A DNA stretch of 32,000 nucleotides from Raphidiopsis brookii D9 (GCA_000175855.1 ACYB01000020.1:1-32000), one strand, 5' to 3'. Shown: positions 9,038 to 18,640, numbered from the stretch's first letter. Made by a program: numbers and translations. The notes: a model not told the origin generated them from the sequence alone.

Positions 9038-11293
9038 TTAACCTACCGAAAGGATGTGTGCGTGGAAGAATGCCCAAGTAGTGGCAATTCCTCCCAGGAG
9101 GTAGTGAGCCACACCTACGGCCCGACCTTGAGTGATGCTCAAAGCACGGGGTTGAATTGTGGGAGCTACCTTTAGTTTATTATGTGCCCAAACTATGGAC
9201 TCAATTAATTCTTGCCAGTAGCCGCGACCACTGAACAGGAACATTAAACTGAATGCCCAAATGAAGTGAGCGCCCAAGAACATTAGTCCGTAAGCGGACA
9301 GTTCACTACCGTAGGAGTTGATCACTTCTGTAGCTTGTGCCCACAGGAAATCCCGTAACCAACCATTGATGGTGATGGCACCTTGGGCAAAGTTGTCACC
9401 TGTGATGTGACTAACCACCCCATCATCTACAGTACCCCATACATCCGACTGCATTTTCCAGCTAAAGTGGAAGATTACGATAGATAGGGAGTTATACATC
9501 CAGAACAGTCCCAGGAATACATGGTCCCAACCGGAAACTTGGCAGGTACCACCACGACCTGGACCGTCGCAAGGGAAGCGGAAGCCTAAATTGGCCTTGT
9601 CTGGAATTAGACGAGAACTACGAGCATACAATACACCCTTGAGCAGGATTAGTACTGTTACGTGAATAGTGAAAGCGTGGATGTGGTGAACCAAAAAGTC
9701 TGCTGTGCCTAAAGGAATAGCTGCAGCTGCTACTTTGCCACCTACTGCCAACACTCCACCGCCAAACACGTAGCTTACCGCTTCTAGGGCATTGGGTGCT
9801 GTTGTTCCGGGTGCTAGGTGGTGTAGACCTTGTACCCACTGAGCAAACACTGGTTGCAATTGAATTGCTGTGTCTGAGAACATGTCCTGGGGACGACCCA
9901 GAGCACTCATTGTGTCGTTGTGAATGTACAAACCAAAGCTATGGAAGCCTAAGAATATACAAACCCAGTTGAGGTGAGAGATGATAGCGTCACGATGACG
10001 AATCACACGATCCAACACGTTATTTTGGTTCACTACTGGATCATAGTCGCGCACCATGAAGATTGCCGCGTGAGCAGCACCACCTACAATCAGGAACCCA
10101 CCTATCCACATGTGGTGTGTAAATATACACAACTGTGTGGCGTAGTCGGTTGCCAAATATGGATAGGGAGGCATCGCGTACATGTGATGGGCGATGATGA
10201 TTGTCAAGGAACCTAGGAAAGCCAGGTTGGTAGCCAGTTGGGCATGCCAAGAGGTGGTCAGGTTTTCGTAGAGACCTTTGTGACCTTCGCCTGTAAAAGG
10301 ACCTTTGTGGTTTTCTAGGATGTCTTTGATGCTGTGACCGATACCCCAGTTGGTGCGGTACATGTGACCAGCGATGATGAATAGCACAGCGATCGCTAGG
10401 TGGTGATGAGCAATATCGGTCATCCACAGCCCGCCTGTTACTGGATTCAATCCACCTTTGAAGGTCAAAATGTCAGCGTAGGCTCCCCAGTTCAAGGTGA
10501 AGAAAGGAGTTAACCCACTAGCAAAGCTAGGATATAGGTGGGAAATCAGTTCTTTGTTCAAAATGAACTCATGAGGCAAGGGAATATCCTTAATAGCCAC
10601 ACCGGAATCCAACAGTTTGTTAACTGGTGCGGAAACATGAATAATGTGACCTGTCCATCCCAAGGAACCACAGCCTAGTAATACGGCTAGGTGGTGATTC
10701 AGCATTGACTCCACGTTTTGGAACCATTCCAATTTGGGAGCGCGTTTGTGGTAGTGGAACCAACCAGCAAACAGGAATAAACCTGCTAACACTAAACCGC
10801 CAATAGCAGTTACATAAAGTTGGAATGAGCTGGTTATACCCCAGCCACGCCACACTTGAAATAATCCAGAGGTGATTTGAATGCCGTGGAAACCGCCACC
10901 AACATCACCATTTAAAATGTCTTGTCCCACAATTGGCCATACAGTTTGCGCACTGGGTTTTACTCCCAGCGGATCTGCTAACCAAGCTTCATAATTAGAG
11001 AATTTAGCTCCATGGAAGATCATTCCGCTTAACCATATTGTCACTACGGCCAAGTGGCCAAAGTGTGCGGAGAAGATTTTGCGGGAAATGTCTTCTAAGT
11101 CGCTTGTGTGCGTATCGAAATCGTGGGCGAGGGCGTGCAGGTCCCAAATCCACGTGGTGGTTTTTGGACCTTTAGCCAAGGATCTGTCGAAGTGACCAGG
11201 TTGGGCCCATTTCTCAAATGAGGTAGGCACGGGGTCATTATCAACTATGACTCTTGCTTTTTTCGCATCTCGCTCCGGAGGACTAATCGTCAT
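9038..11293 (-). CDS. psaA: Photosystem I P700 chlorophyll a apoprotein A1
   Basis: 751-aa ORF. It starts [35 protein letters not shown] and carries the FX motif [26 protein letters not shown] Shine-Dalgarno sits just upstream of the ATG. Confidence 0.98.
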   Translation of the reverse strand: MTISPPERDAKKARVIVDNDPVPTSFEKWAQPGHFDRSLAKGPKTTTWIWDLHALAHDFDTHTSDLEDISRKIFSAHFGHLAVVTIWLSGMIFHGAKFSNYEAWLADPLGVKPSAQTVWPIVGQDILNGDVGGGFHGIQITSGLFQVWRGWGITSSFQLYVTAIGGLVLAGLFLFAGWFHYHKRAPKLEWFQNVESMLNHHLAVLLGCGSLGWTGHIIHVSAPVNKLLDSGVAIKDIPLPHEFILNKELISHLYPSFASGLTPFFTLNWGAYADILTFKGGLNPVTGGLWMTDIAHHHLAIAVLFIIAGHMYRTNWGIGHSIKDILENHKGPFTGEGHKGLYENLTTSWHAQLATNLAFLGSLTIIIAHHMYAMPPYPYLATDYATQLCIFTHHMWIGGFLIVGGAAHAAIFMVRDYDPVVNQNNVLDRVIRHRDAIISHLNWVCIFLGFHSFGLYIHNDTMSALGRPQDMFSDTAIQLQPVFAQWVQGLHHLAPGTTAPNALEAVSYVFGGGVLAVGGKVAAAAIPLGTADFLVHHIHAFTIHVTVLILLKGVLYARSSRLIPDKANLGFRFPCDGPGRGGTCQVSGWDHVFLGLFWMYNSLSIVIFHFSWKMQSDVWGTVDDGVVSHITGDNFAQGAITINGWLRDFLWAQATEVINSYGSELSAYGLMFLGAHFIWAFSLMFLFSGRGYWQELIESIVWAHNKLKVAPTIQPRALSITQGRAVGVAHYLLGGIATTWAFFHAHILSVG

Positions 11294-11497
11294 TCGACCT
11301 CCTCTGTCAATAGGGAATGAGGAATCATGGACACCACAGAGTTAATTTTACTCTTCGTTTCCAGTTGTTTTCTGGAACCGTGTGGATTTTTCGTTTCTGT
11401 TGAATTATAGAGTCTGTACTTGTACTTTGTTGGAGACATTTTAACAATAATTTAAAATTGCCAGATTCGTTGTTACATCTGCCTTTTATATTTATGT

Positions 11498-11525
11498 CTC
11501 TTGCTAAAAAGTCAAGAGTTTTTTT
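11498..11525 (+). terminator. Plus-strand intrinsic-terminator-like hairpin in the psaA upstream region
   Basis: CTCTTG (11498-11503), a 9-nt loop, then CAAGAG (11513-11518), followed by T7 (11519-11525). The T-run follows the stem only on the plus strand. Confidence 0.3.
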
Positions 11526-11804
11526 ATTTAATTTACAAACCATTACAATTCTTAAAACTAATAGTTTTTAGGATCCTGTGGACACCCTTTCCCTGCTCTC
11601 CTGACCTTAGTTGTACTTAAACTATTGCCACAATTTATAGTAATTAATGTTACTTAACATAGCGATTTTGTTTCAGAAGAGCAGTCTAGCTCAAACTACA
11701 GAATGATTATTTTTCATGAGTTTAGGAGAAAATATGTGAGTGAGACTGGTTGTCGTTTAATATGTGATAAATAGATTTTCTTGAGGAGAACCTTAGGTAA
11801 GGGT

Positions 11805-12995
11805 ATGAACCGTAAGTTAATAAAAATGAAAAAAAGCCTTTTTAAACTTTACCTTTCCTTAACAAGATGGGTTACTATTCTAGCAATAGCCTTTTATGCT
11901 AGTGCTTGTACTGATAAGGTAGGAGGGCAAGATGTAGTTATTAAACCAGAAAAACCACCAATTGAAATTCCCCAAAAACCAAGACAGTTCTCTGAAGTGT
12001 CTCCACCGCAAGTTATTCAAGAGCTAGAGTCTGATTTAGAACCTTATCAGCCACAGGTATCAATAGTTAATCCCATCCTTGATCAGGTTATAGAAGAGAA
12101 CTCTGTAGCAGTGCGTTTCCAGGTGAGGGATTTACCAATCTTTAAGCATCCTCAACTTCAACTAGGTCCACATTTACACGTGATTCTTGATAATCAACCT
12201 TACATACCAGTTTATGATTTAAACATTCCATTAGTGCTTAAAGATTTGTCTGCTGGTACACATACACTTAGAGTTTTTGCATCTCGTCCCTGGCACGAAA
12301 GTTTTAAGAATGAGGGAGCTTATGCACAAACAACTTTCCATGTATTAACAAAAAGTAGCGATAATAATCCTGATCCTAATTTACCTCTACTTACTTACAG
12401 TCGTCCCAATGGTAATTATGGTGCGGAGCCAATAATGTTAGATTTTTATCTTGGTAATGCCCCTTTACATACGGGTGCACAAGAAAATCTTGAGGGTGAG
12501 GAAAGTAATGTAGGTAGTAATATAGGTAATTGGCGGATTCGTTGCACCATTAATGGTGAAAGTTTTGTTTTAGACAATTGGGAGACAATCTATCTCAAAG
12601 GATTTAAACCCGGTAAAAACTGGGTAGAACTGGAATTTTTGGACAATGAAGGTAATCCTGTTAAGAACGTATTTAACAGCACGGTGAGAATGATTGATTA
12701 TCAACCCGGTGGTCAGGATACTCTATCAAAAATCGTGAGAGGGGAAGTGACCGCTCAAGAGGTTCGTGGGATAGTAGATCCAAATTATGTGGAGACTCCC
12801 ACCTCTAAACCATCATCCGTAACAAAGTCTGAAATTGAAGTCATACCAACTCCGGAAACGGTAGAAGGGAAATTGGAACCAACACTCCCCACCCCACCAA
12901 CTGAGTCATTATCAACTCCAGAAACGGTAGAAGGGAAATTGGAACCAACACCCCCACCCCACCAACCGAGTCATTATCAACTCAGGAAACGGTAG
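11805..12995 (+). CDS. Secreted or lipoprotein-like conserved protein with a Pro/Thr/Glu-rich repeat tail. The frame is broken inside the repeat array.
   Basis: The ORF track opens at TTG 11781. The first ATGs are at 11805 and 11826. A signal/lipobox-like segment reads WVTILAIAFYASAC. The reading frame leaves the repeat motif at 12951-12960 (giving ...EPTPPPHQPSHYQLRKR*), while the repeat motif continues in another frame (ORF 13004..13198). Confidence 0.6.
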   Translation: MNRKLIKMKKSLFKLYLSLTRWVTILAIAFYASACTDKVGGQDVVIKPEKPPIEIPQKPRQFSEVSPPQVIQELESDLEPYQPQVSIVNPILDQVIEENSVAVRFQVRDLPIFKHPQLQLGPHLHVILDNQPYIPVYDLNIPLVLKDLSAGTHTLRVFASRPWHESFKNEGAYAQTTFHVLTKSSDNNPDPNLPLLTYSRPNGNYGAEPIMLDFYLGNAPLHTGAQENLEGEESNVGSNIGNWRIRCTINGESFVLDNWETIYLKGFKPGKNWVELEFLDNEGNPVKNVFNSTVRMIDYQPGGQDTLSKIVRGEVTAQEVRGIVDPNYVETPTSKPSSVTKSEIEVIPTPETVEGKLEPTLPTPPTESLSTPETVEGKLEPTPPPHQPSHYQLRKR

Positions 12996-13189
12996 AAGGG
13001 AAATTGGAACCAACACCCCCCACCCCACCAACCGAGACATTATCAACTCAGGAAACGGTAGAAGGGAAATTGGAACCAACACCCCCCACCCCACCAACCG
13101 AGTCATTATCAACTCCAGAAACGGTAGAAGGGAAATCGGAACCAACACCCCCCACCCCACCAACCGAGTCATTATCAACTCCAGAAACA
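12852..13189 (+). repeat. Tandem coding repeat of 5.1 x 66 bp (22 aa: PETVEGKLEPTPPTPPTESLST)
   Basis: Units start at 12852, 12918, 12983, 13049 and 13115, with a partial unit at 13181. Unit 2 is 65 bp because it has C5 (12951-12955) where units 3-5 have C6. Unit 1 has tcccc at that position and keeps the 66-bp length. Confidence 0.95.
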
Positions 13190-13194
13190 CTAAC

Positions 13195-14127
13195 TTAGGA
13201 ACTTAGGTTAGAACATAGAGTCTCCACCAAACTAAGTCCTGCTATAGAATTACCGATTGGATCTAAAGCAGGACTATAAGTTGCGATCGCCCCTTGATTA
13301 GGTATAACAACTAACAATGCTCCACTAATACCCGACTTCATGGGTAAACCAATCTTTTGCCTATAGTGGGAGGATGCTTGATAAAGTCCACAGGTTAGCA
13401 TCACATCATTCACCAGCAACCGATGTTGAGGACTAATTAAACCCTGATCATCAGCCAATAATTTTCCTAACCTTCCTAAATCTACCACTGTTCCAGAGAT
13501 ACAGCATATTTGTTCGTAAATGTCAATAGCAGATTCAATATTTTCAATATATCCGTGCTGACAGAGAACCTGGGCGATCGCCAAATTAAGCTGAGAGCGG
13601 GTAGATCGGACAGAATTTAACATATTCATATCTAAATACAGTTGAGTGTCAGCTAACTGATTTAGCCATTTAATAAAATGTTCACATAAATCATCAGATA
13701 CGCCATCATAATTACTACTCAAACGAGTTTGACCTATAGTCTTTAACTTATCCGCTACAGTAATAGCACCACTATTAATCATCGGATTCCGGGGGTATCC
13801 ATGATCCGAAATCAACTGTTCTAAAGAATTAAAAGCCATTGATGAAGGAGATGTACCAACTGATTGTAGAACTTGTTCCTTCCCCAAATGTTCAAGTAGA
13901 TATAAGAACGAAAAAGGTTTAATAACACTCATTAAGGGAAAATGTTGTTGATAATCTCCTAGTTGATAATTAATATTAGGTTGACAGTATATATAAACAG
14001 CAAACCATTGAGGATCAGCACTAGCTAAAAGGGGTATACGCTCAATAACTTGACCTTGAGAGATTTTAGCTTGAGACTGTGCCATCCAAAGTGACAAATT
14101 TTCAACTGACAAGTGATTAATTAACAA
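13195..14127 (-). CDS. glsA: Glutaminase
   Basis: 310-aa ORF. Motifs include MSVIKPF (Ser-x-x-Lys), NPMINSGAI and LPMKSGISGALLVVIP. The track start is TTG at 14127, and the first in-frame ATG is at 14085. Confidence 0.85.
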   Translation of the reverse strand: MLINHLSVENLSLWMAQSQAKISQGQVIERIPLLASADPQWFAVYIYCQPNINYQLGDYQQHFPLMSVIKPFSFLYLLEHLGKEQVLQSVGTSPSSMAFNSLEQLISDHGYPRNPMINSGAITVADKLKTIGQTRLSSNYDGVSDDLCEHFIKWLNQLADTQLYLDMNMLNSVRSTRSQLNLAIAQVLCQHGYIENIESAIDIYEQICCISGTVVDLGRLGKLLADDQGLISPQHRLLVNDVMLTCGLYQASSHYRQKIGLPMKSGISGALLVVIPNQGAIATYSPALDPIGNSIAGLSLVETLCSNLSS

Positions 14128-14185
14128 GTGATTAAGGTTGATTAGTGTGACTATGTCTCAGGTTACTCACAAATGCGATCGCTGC

Positions 14186-14308
14186 TTATAAATTTATACA
14201 AGCAGTTGCAACACTACGATAACCATATTCGTTTAACCAATTCTGCAGTTCGTCTAGAAAGCGGGAACTGTCGTCTACAAGGAGTAAATGAACATCTTCG
14301 GTTTTCAT
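14186..14308 (-). pseudogene. 40-codon stump of a response-regulator receiver domain
   Basis: My translation is MKTEDVHLLLVDDSSRFLDELQNWLNEYGYRSVATACINL*. It has the typical REC N-terminus with the acidic DD pair, but it stops after about one third of a receiver domain. No REC-like sequence follows in any frame. Confidence 0.55.
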
Positions 14309-14433
14309 AATTCTCTAACTGTGACAATCTGGAAGAAGCAGAATTTAAGTTCTACCGTTTAGTAATGTAGTCTTTTATTTAAGCAGTGTTAGTAATGTAA
14401 CATCAAATTACTTTTGAGTCAAGTATAACCACG

Positions 14434-15615
14434 CTAGATATCAGGATAGGGGATATAGATCTCAAATTTTACCCCATTCACTCCGACTTCTCTAATATAC
14501 CCTCCCATCTGGGTCAATGTTTTACGGATAATAAATAGTCCCAATCCACTGCTGTAAGTCCCCGTTGCTGTGGTATTTAAGGGTTGAAAAACCCAATCCT
14601 TTTTGTCAGGAGCAATTCCCAAACCATTGTCGATAAATTCGATATACAAGTATTTTTTGCTACCAGGAATATTGGCACCACGAATCCCTGGAGGGTTAGT
14701 TACATCTTGGGAATTAATCTTAATTTGTAAGTCTGAGTTATCCGGATTATGTTTGAGAGAATTTTCTACTAGTTCGTTTAGAATACTCTTAATTTTTTCT
14801 TCATCACCATTAAAGTCGGAATCACCATTTTCAATATTTAAACTAATCTGAGCATTATCAATTTGAGTATTAAACTCCCATGTTTCAAATATTTTTTTCA
14901 CCTTGAATTGCCTATTCTTTATCCTAATTCCCTCATTAATTGCTTTGAGGTCATTTAAAGCATCTTGAGTTAATTCCAGTTGTGTCAACAGGTTATTAAA
15001 TTGAGAAAATTGGGGATCATTGCCAGTGAATTTTTTGATAGCGCGTCGAGTTTTAGATTCAACAATTGCCAATTCATTATTAACAAAATCAGAAATGTCG
15101 TGGGCAGTTTTGGCAATAATTTCTAGAATCTTTCCATATTCTTTATTGGCAATAATTTCAATTTGTTCAATTTGCGATTTCTCCAGTGATCGACGGTGGT
15201 TAATTTCTTGTAATACCTCCTCAATATTTGAAATAATACTTTCCAGCAAAGCATCTTTTATGGAAGAAATCCGTAAAATTCTGTAGGCAATACTTTTAAG
15301 AATAGTAATTTCATTAGCTATTTTGTGGTAAATTGCTCTATTGAGAATTTGGGCATCTTTCAAATTATTAGAATCATCAGGAACCGTTTTAAAATATTCT
15401 TCTTCGGTTAAATTTAGTGTTAACATTTCCATGGCTTGAGCATAACGTGGGGACTCTTCGGCAATTTGCTGTAACATCTTTACAGCAGTTTGGTTATGAG
15501 GACTATGGGCAAGGATACTTCTTGCACTGGATAGTATGGACTTCTCCCTATCATCTGAATTAGCAATTGCTATATTAAATTGACTTATCCCCACACTAAA
15601 GCGACGGGGATTCAT
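14434..15615 (-). CDS. Histidine-kinase-like protein (H-box-like region plus HATPase_c), probably truncated at the N-terminus
   Basis: N box is NELVENSLKHNPD, G1 is IDNGLGI and G2 is SSGLGLFIIRK. The H-box-like segment is AKTAHDISDFVNNEL. The track ORF extends to 15705, but that part overlaps the tnpB remnant, so I use the ATG at 15615 (MNPRRF). No transmembrane or sensor domain is evident. Confidence 0.6.
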   Translation of the reverse strand: MNPRRFSVGISQFNIAIANSDDREKSILSSARSILAHSPHNQTAVKMLQQIAEESPRYAQAMEMLTLNLTEEEYFKTVPDDSNNLKDAQILNRAIYHKIANEITILKSIAYRILRISSIKDALLESIISNIEEVLQEINHRRSLEKSQIEQIEIIANKEYGKILEIIAKTAHDISDFVNNELAIVESKTRRAIKKFTGNDPQFSQFNNLLTQLELTQDALNDLKAINEGIRIKNRQFKVKKIFETWEFNTQIDNAQISLNIENGDSDFNGDEEKIKSILNELVENSLKHNPDNSDLQIKINSQDVTNPPGIRGANIPGSKKYLYIEFIDNGLGIAPDKKDWVFQPLNTTATGTYSSGLGLFIIRKTLTQMGGYIREVGVNGVKFEIYIPYPDI

Positions 15616-15655
15616 TAGAATCTTGCTTAGACAGAGACTTCTTACTCGAAGCGTG

Positions 15656-16150
15656 TCACAAGCGTAAATTGGTTGGCATTGGTAAATAAAATTCAGATAT
15701 CCCAAACCAGGCTTTAACTTGATTACCCAAAGGAAAACGTATTAACCCATCAACTAATTTTAGCCATCTTTTAGGGTAGCTAACGGTAAATAATCCGTTA
15801 GGTTTTCTATAATTGAGTGCTTTTGGTTTTTGGTCGATGTTACCTTTTTTTGCTTCCCTTAATAATCCTTTGAATGACTTAAAAGCTTCACCAACTGTCA
15901 AACATGTTTGCTGCATACTAGAAGCATACCCAGCATTAAAATGTTTATTACCTTTCATTTGCGCCGTTAATTCATAACCTGTCACTATTCTTTTAGTTTT
16001 GAACCAAATTTGACGAGCATAATATACAGCACAGTTATATAAATCATTAGATTCATTACATAAATACTCTATTATCGCTAGAGTATCTTTATCCCCATTA
16101 ATCAAAATTTGTTGGCATCCAATCAAGAAAATCACCTCTTTGCATTTCAT
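15656..16150 (-). pseudogene. tnpB: 5' remnant of IS200/IS605-family tnpB (about 165 of about 400 codons)
   Basis: Starting from the ATG at 16150, the sequence MKCKEV...LYNCAVYYARQIWF...SSMQQTCLTVGEAFKSFKGLL...PKALNYRKPNGLFTVSYP...IRFPLGNQVKAWFG..FYLPMPTNL resembles a TnpB N-terminal region. The ORF then ends abruptly. No RuvC-like or zinc-finger C-terminal half is present. Confidence 0.6.
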
Positions 16151-16202
16151 AGTATTTATGTTAACATCTTGGTTTATGACTGTCAATATATCAACCAAGA
16201 TT

Positions 16203-16613
16203 ATGAGAAAAGATTCTGTAAGATACAGACACAACAATCACTTAGTAGGTTTAGCTACAGTACACTTAGTCTGGATACCTAAAAGACGCAAGCCAGTTTT
16301 GAAGGGTGATATTAGAACTAGGCTATCTGAGATACTTGAATCAGTCGCGGTTGATAATGGTTGGATTATTAAAGCCAAAGAAATCGCATCCGACCACGTG
16401 CATTTATTGGTTGAATATGATGAAAATACTGCTATTTGTGATGTAGTTAGAGCTTTTAAGGGGCGTAGCTCTAGATTGCTTAGAGATGAATTTCCAGAAT
16501 TAAAGAAACTTCCTTCTTTGTGGACTAGGAGTTATTTTTATGATACTAGTGGCAAAGTTAGTACAGCTAAAGTGATGGAGTACATTAACGACCCCCACCA
16601 CGAACGACACTAA
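16203..16613 (+). CDS. tnpA: IS200/IS605 family Y1 (HUH) transposase
   Basis: 136 aa from the ATG at 16203. Motifs are HLVWIPKRRKPVL, the HUH motif SDHVHLLVEY, and the catalytic-Tyr region RSYFYDTSG. It is divergent from the tnpB remnant, with the two starts 52 bp apart. Confidence 0.9.
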   Translation: MRKDSVRYRHNNHLVGLATVHLVWIPKRRKPVLKGDIRTRLSEILESVAVDNGWIIKAKEIASDHVHLLVEYDENTAICDVVRAFKGRSSRLLRDEFPELKKLPSLWTRSYFYDTSGKVSTAKVMEYINDPHHERH

Positions 16614-16873
16614 TATTCAATGCGGATAAATTCGCTTGAGTCTGTTTTCCGCCCCTGCTTAAAAGCGAGGGACTACCAACCTCCCAGACTTTTTACGTGT
16701 GATTCTTTGTGATTTTTAGATAAGTGACCGCAAGGAAAGATTAAAATCTTTTTTCGGCGATCGCCCAGTAGCGGAATGGTTTAACCGGACCAGTCCCTAC
16801 AGGTAATGACTGAAAGTCTCATGCAACAGGATTTGCAAGGGTGTGCTCACGATAAAAACCACTAACATCATCA

Positions 16874-18595
16874 TTAGTCCTGTACTCGTAACTTAGCAGC
16901 TTGAATTAGTAATGATTCAGCAAAAGCGATCGCCTGATTAGCAGATTTACCACCAGCTAATTGGGCCAATTCATCCCTGCGAGTATTTAAGTTATCCAAA
17001 GAGGTAACTCTGACTACGGTGCGCTCCTCCGTATTACCGTTTTTTTCAATCACCTCTTTATAAACCCGAAAATGTCGATCAGCCATAGCTGCGACTAAGG
17101 GTTGATGAGTCACACATAATATTTGTTGAGATTCGCTTAATTGATGTAATTTTTCGGCAATAACTTGAGCAACCCTCCCGGAAACACCCACATCAATTTC
17201 ATCAAAAATCATGGTTTGTACGGTATGATGCTGATTAAAACAAGCTTTGAGAGCCAATAAAAACCGACTCATTTCCCCACCGGAAGCAATTTCTGTTAGT
17301 GGTTGAATAGGTTCCCCCGGGTTGGGACTGAACATAAAAGTGATTTTATCTGCACCGGTGGGGGTGGGTGGAGTGGGGGTAATTTCCACTTGAAATTTTA
17401 CCTTTTCCATGGCCAGTGGTTTTAGTTGAGCCAGCAAATGAGATTCTAAATTAATCGCACTCTGTAAGCGTAATTGGGTCAACTGTTGACAGACCTGATT
17501 AAGTTGTTGTAGACAAACTCGCTCCTGTTGTTCCAAACTTTCTAAGGAATCCTCCGTACTATTCAATTCCTCTAATTCATTTTGAATACGTTGATAATAT
17601 TCCATTGCTTCTGAGAGACTAGGTCCATATTTACGACAGATTTGTTTTAGCTCTCTCACTCTTTCTTCCACTTCCTCTAACCTTTGAGGATCAGCTTCTA
17701 ATCCATCTCCATACATACTAATTTGCCTCCCTACTTCCATAACTGTTGCCAACGCATCCCTAACTAACTCCAAAATCCCTTGCAGTTGAGGGTCAAACTC
17801 CACAATGTGGTTTAATATGGTCTCACTACCTCCTAATAAATCCACAGCAGTAGGAGTTCCAGCATCATTTTGATATAGGGACTGATGGATTTTATAACTC
17901 ATTTGTTGCAAATCAACCAGATGATTGAGTCTTTCTCTTTCCTGGTTTAATAGTTCCATTTCTTGGGGATCATGGAGATTTGCTGTGGTCAATTCTTGAA
18001 TTTGATAAGTTAGTAGGTCTAACTGTTGCAAACGTTCCTTTTCTGATCTACGTCGTTTCTCTAAATTTTTATGTGCCTCTTGATATGCAGCGTAAGCAGT
18101 ACTCACTTTCTGTCTATGTTGAATTATATCCTCACCACCATAGATATCCAACCAATCTCTGAGTTGAGCAGACTGTCGCACTTGTAGGGTTTGTCCTTGC
18201 GCAGTAATTTCCACCATGCAATCGCGCAAACTAGTCATAATTTGGCGATTAACTAACACACCATTTACCCGTGAACGACTGCGGATATTAATTCCAGATG
18301 CAGTAATTTCCCGACTGATCACCAGAGAATTATCATCAATCAAATCAATTTCCTGTTCAGTTAACCAAGTAGCCAAAAACGGAGTAATACTGAAAGTTCC
18401 TTCCACCACAGCACGATTAGTTCCAGTGCGAATTACCCGACTAGAAACCCTTCCACCCAAAACTGCATCAATCGCATCTAGAATAATTGACTTTCCTGCA
18501 CCAGTTTCCCCAGTTAAAACATTCAATCCTGGACCAAAATCTAACTCCAGTTGGTCGATTAGGGCAAAATTGTCAATTCTGAGGGATAGTAACAT
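16874..18595 (-). CDS. recN: DNA repair protein RecN
   Basis: 573-aa ORF starting MLLSLRIDNFALIDQLELDFGPGLNVLTGETGAGKSIILDAI (Walker A). The signature is SGGEMSRFLLALK and Walker B is MIFDEIDVGVSG. Confidence 0.95.
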   Translation of the reverse strand: MLLSLRIDNFALIDQLELDFGPGLNVLTGETGAGKSIILDAIDAVLGGRVSSRVIRTGTNRAVVEGTFSITPFLATWLTEQEIDLIDDNSLVISREITASGINIRSRSRVNGVLVNRQIMTSLRDCMVEITAQGQTLQVRQSAQLRDWLDIYGGEDIIQHRQKVSTAYAAYQEAHKNLEKRRRSEKERLQQLDLLTYQIQELTTANLHDPQEMELLNQERERLNHLVDLQQMSYKIHQSLYQNDAGTPTAVDLLGGSETILNHIVEFDPQLQGILELVRDALATVMEVGRQISMYGDGLEADPQRLEEVEERVRELKQICRKYGPSLSEAMEYYQRIQNELEELNSTEDSLESLEQQERVCLQQLNQVCQQLTQLRLQSAINLESHLLAQLKPLAMEKVKFQVEITPTPPTPTGADKITFMFSPNPGEPIQPLTEIASGGEMSRFLLALKACFNQHHTVQTMIFDEIDVGVSGRVAQVIAEKLHQLSESQQILCVTHQPLVAAMADRHFRVYKEVIEKNGNTEERTVVRVTSLDNLNTRRDELAQLAGGKSANQAIAFAESLLIQAAKLRVQD

Positions 18596-18640
18596 TAATC
18601 GATAGTCTCCGTGAGATTGTATGCCAAATATCTCTTAATT

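Larger units (their letters stand above)
15656..16700. mobile_element. IS200/IS605-type element, intact on the tnpA side and deleted on the tnpB side
   Basis: It contains a tnpA plus truncated tnpB pair. An imperfect hairpin CCCTGC-TTAAAA-GCGAGGG at about 16654-16672, beyond the tnpA stop, is a candidate subterminal end structure. Neither boundary is precisely defined. Confidence 0.6.

Noticed and set aside
8507-10853. Multiple 60-130-aa ORFs inside or antisense to psaA and psaB (for example 8610-8954+, 9618-9839-, 9974-10216+, 10041-10427-, 10620-10853-, 7704-7889+)
   Set aside because: They lie entirely within the highly conserved psaA and psaB reading frames or their antisense. Their sequences are low-complexity and Arg/Ser/Pro-rich, as expected for off-frame translation. 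They have no start context.
11325-11543. 72-aa minus-strand ORF upstream of psaA
   Set aside because: It lies in the psaA promoter and 5' region. It is Lys/Asn-rich AT-driven sequence with no SD and no motif. It is more likely untranslated leader or promoter DNA.
12852-13189. Possible CRISPR array, because of regularly spaced repeats
   Set aside because: The units are contiguous with no unique spacers. The 66-bp unit is a multiple of three and encodes a Pro/Thr-rich peptide in frame with an upstream gene. No cas genes are nearby.
12912-13190. 92-aa minus-strand ORF with internal repeats (…LVGWGVLVPISLLPF… x4)
   Set aside because: It is the antisense shadow of the 66-bp plus-strand coding repeat. 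Its periodicity is inherited from the repeat, and the plus-strand frame continues an upstream gene.
14603-15286. Plus-strand ORFs 14603-14851 and 15020-15286
   Set aside because: They are antisense shadows inside the histidine-kinase-like gene. They are Ile/Ser/Leu-rich, as expected from an AT-rich complement, and have no motifs.
16726-16750. AAAGAT-taaa-ATCTTTTTT hairpin as a terminator between tnpA and recN
   Set aside because: The stem is 6 bp and entirely A/T apart from one G-C pair, which is too weak to call. It is noted only as a possible element within the IS end region.
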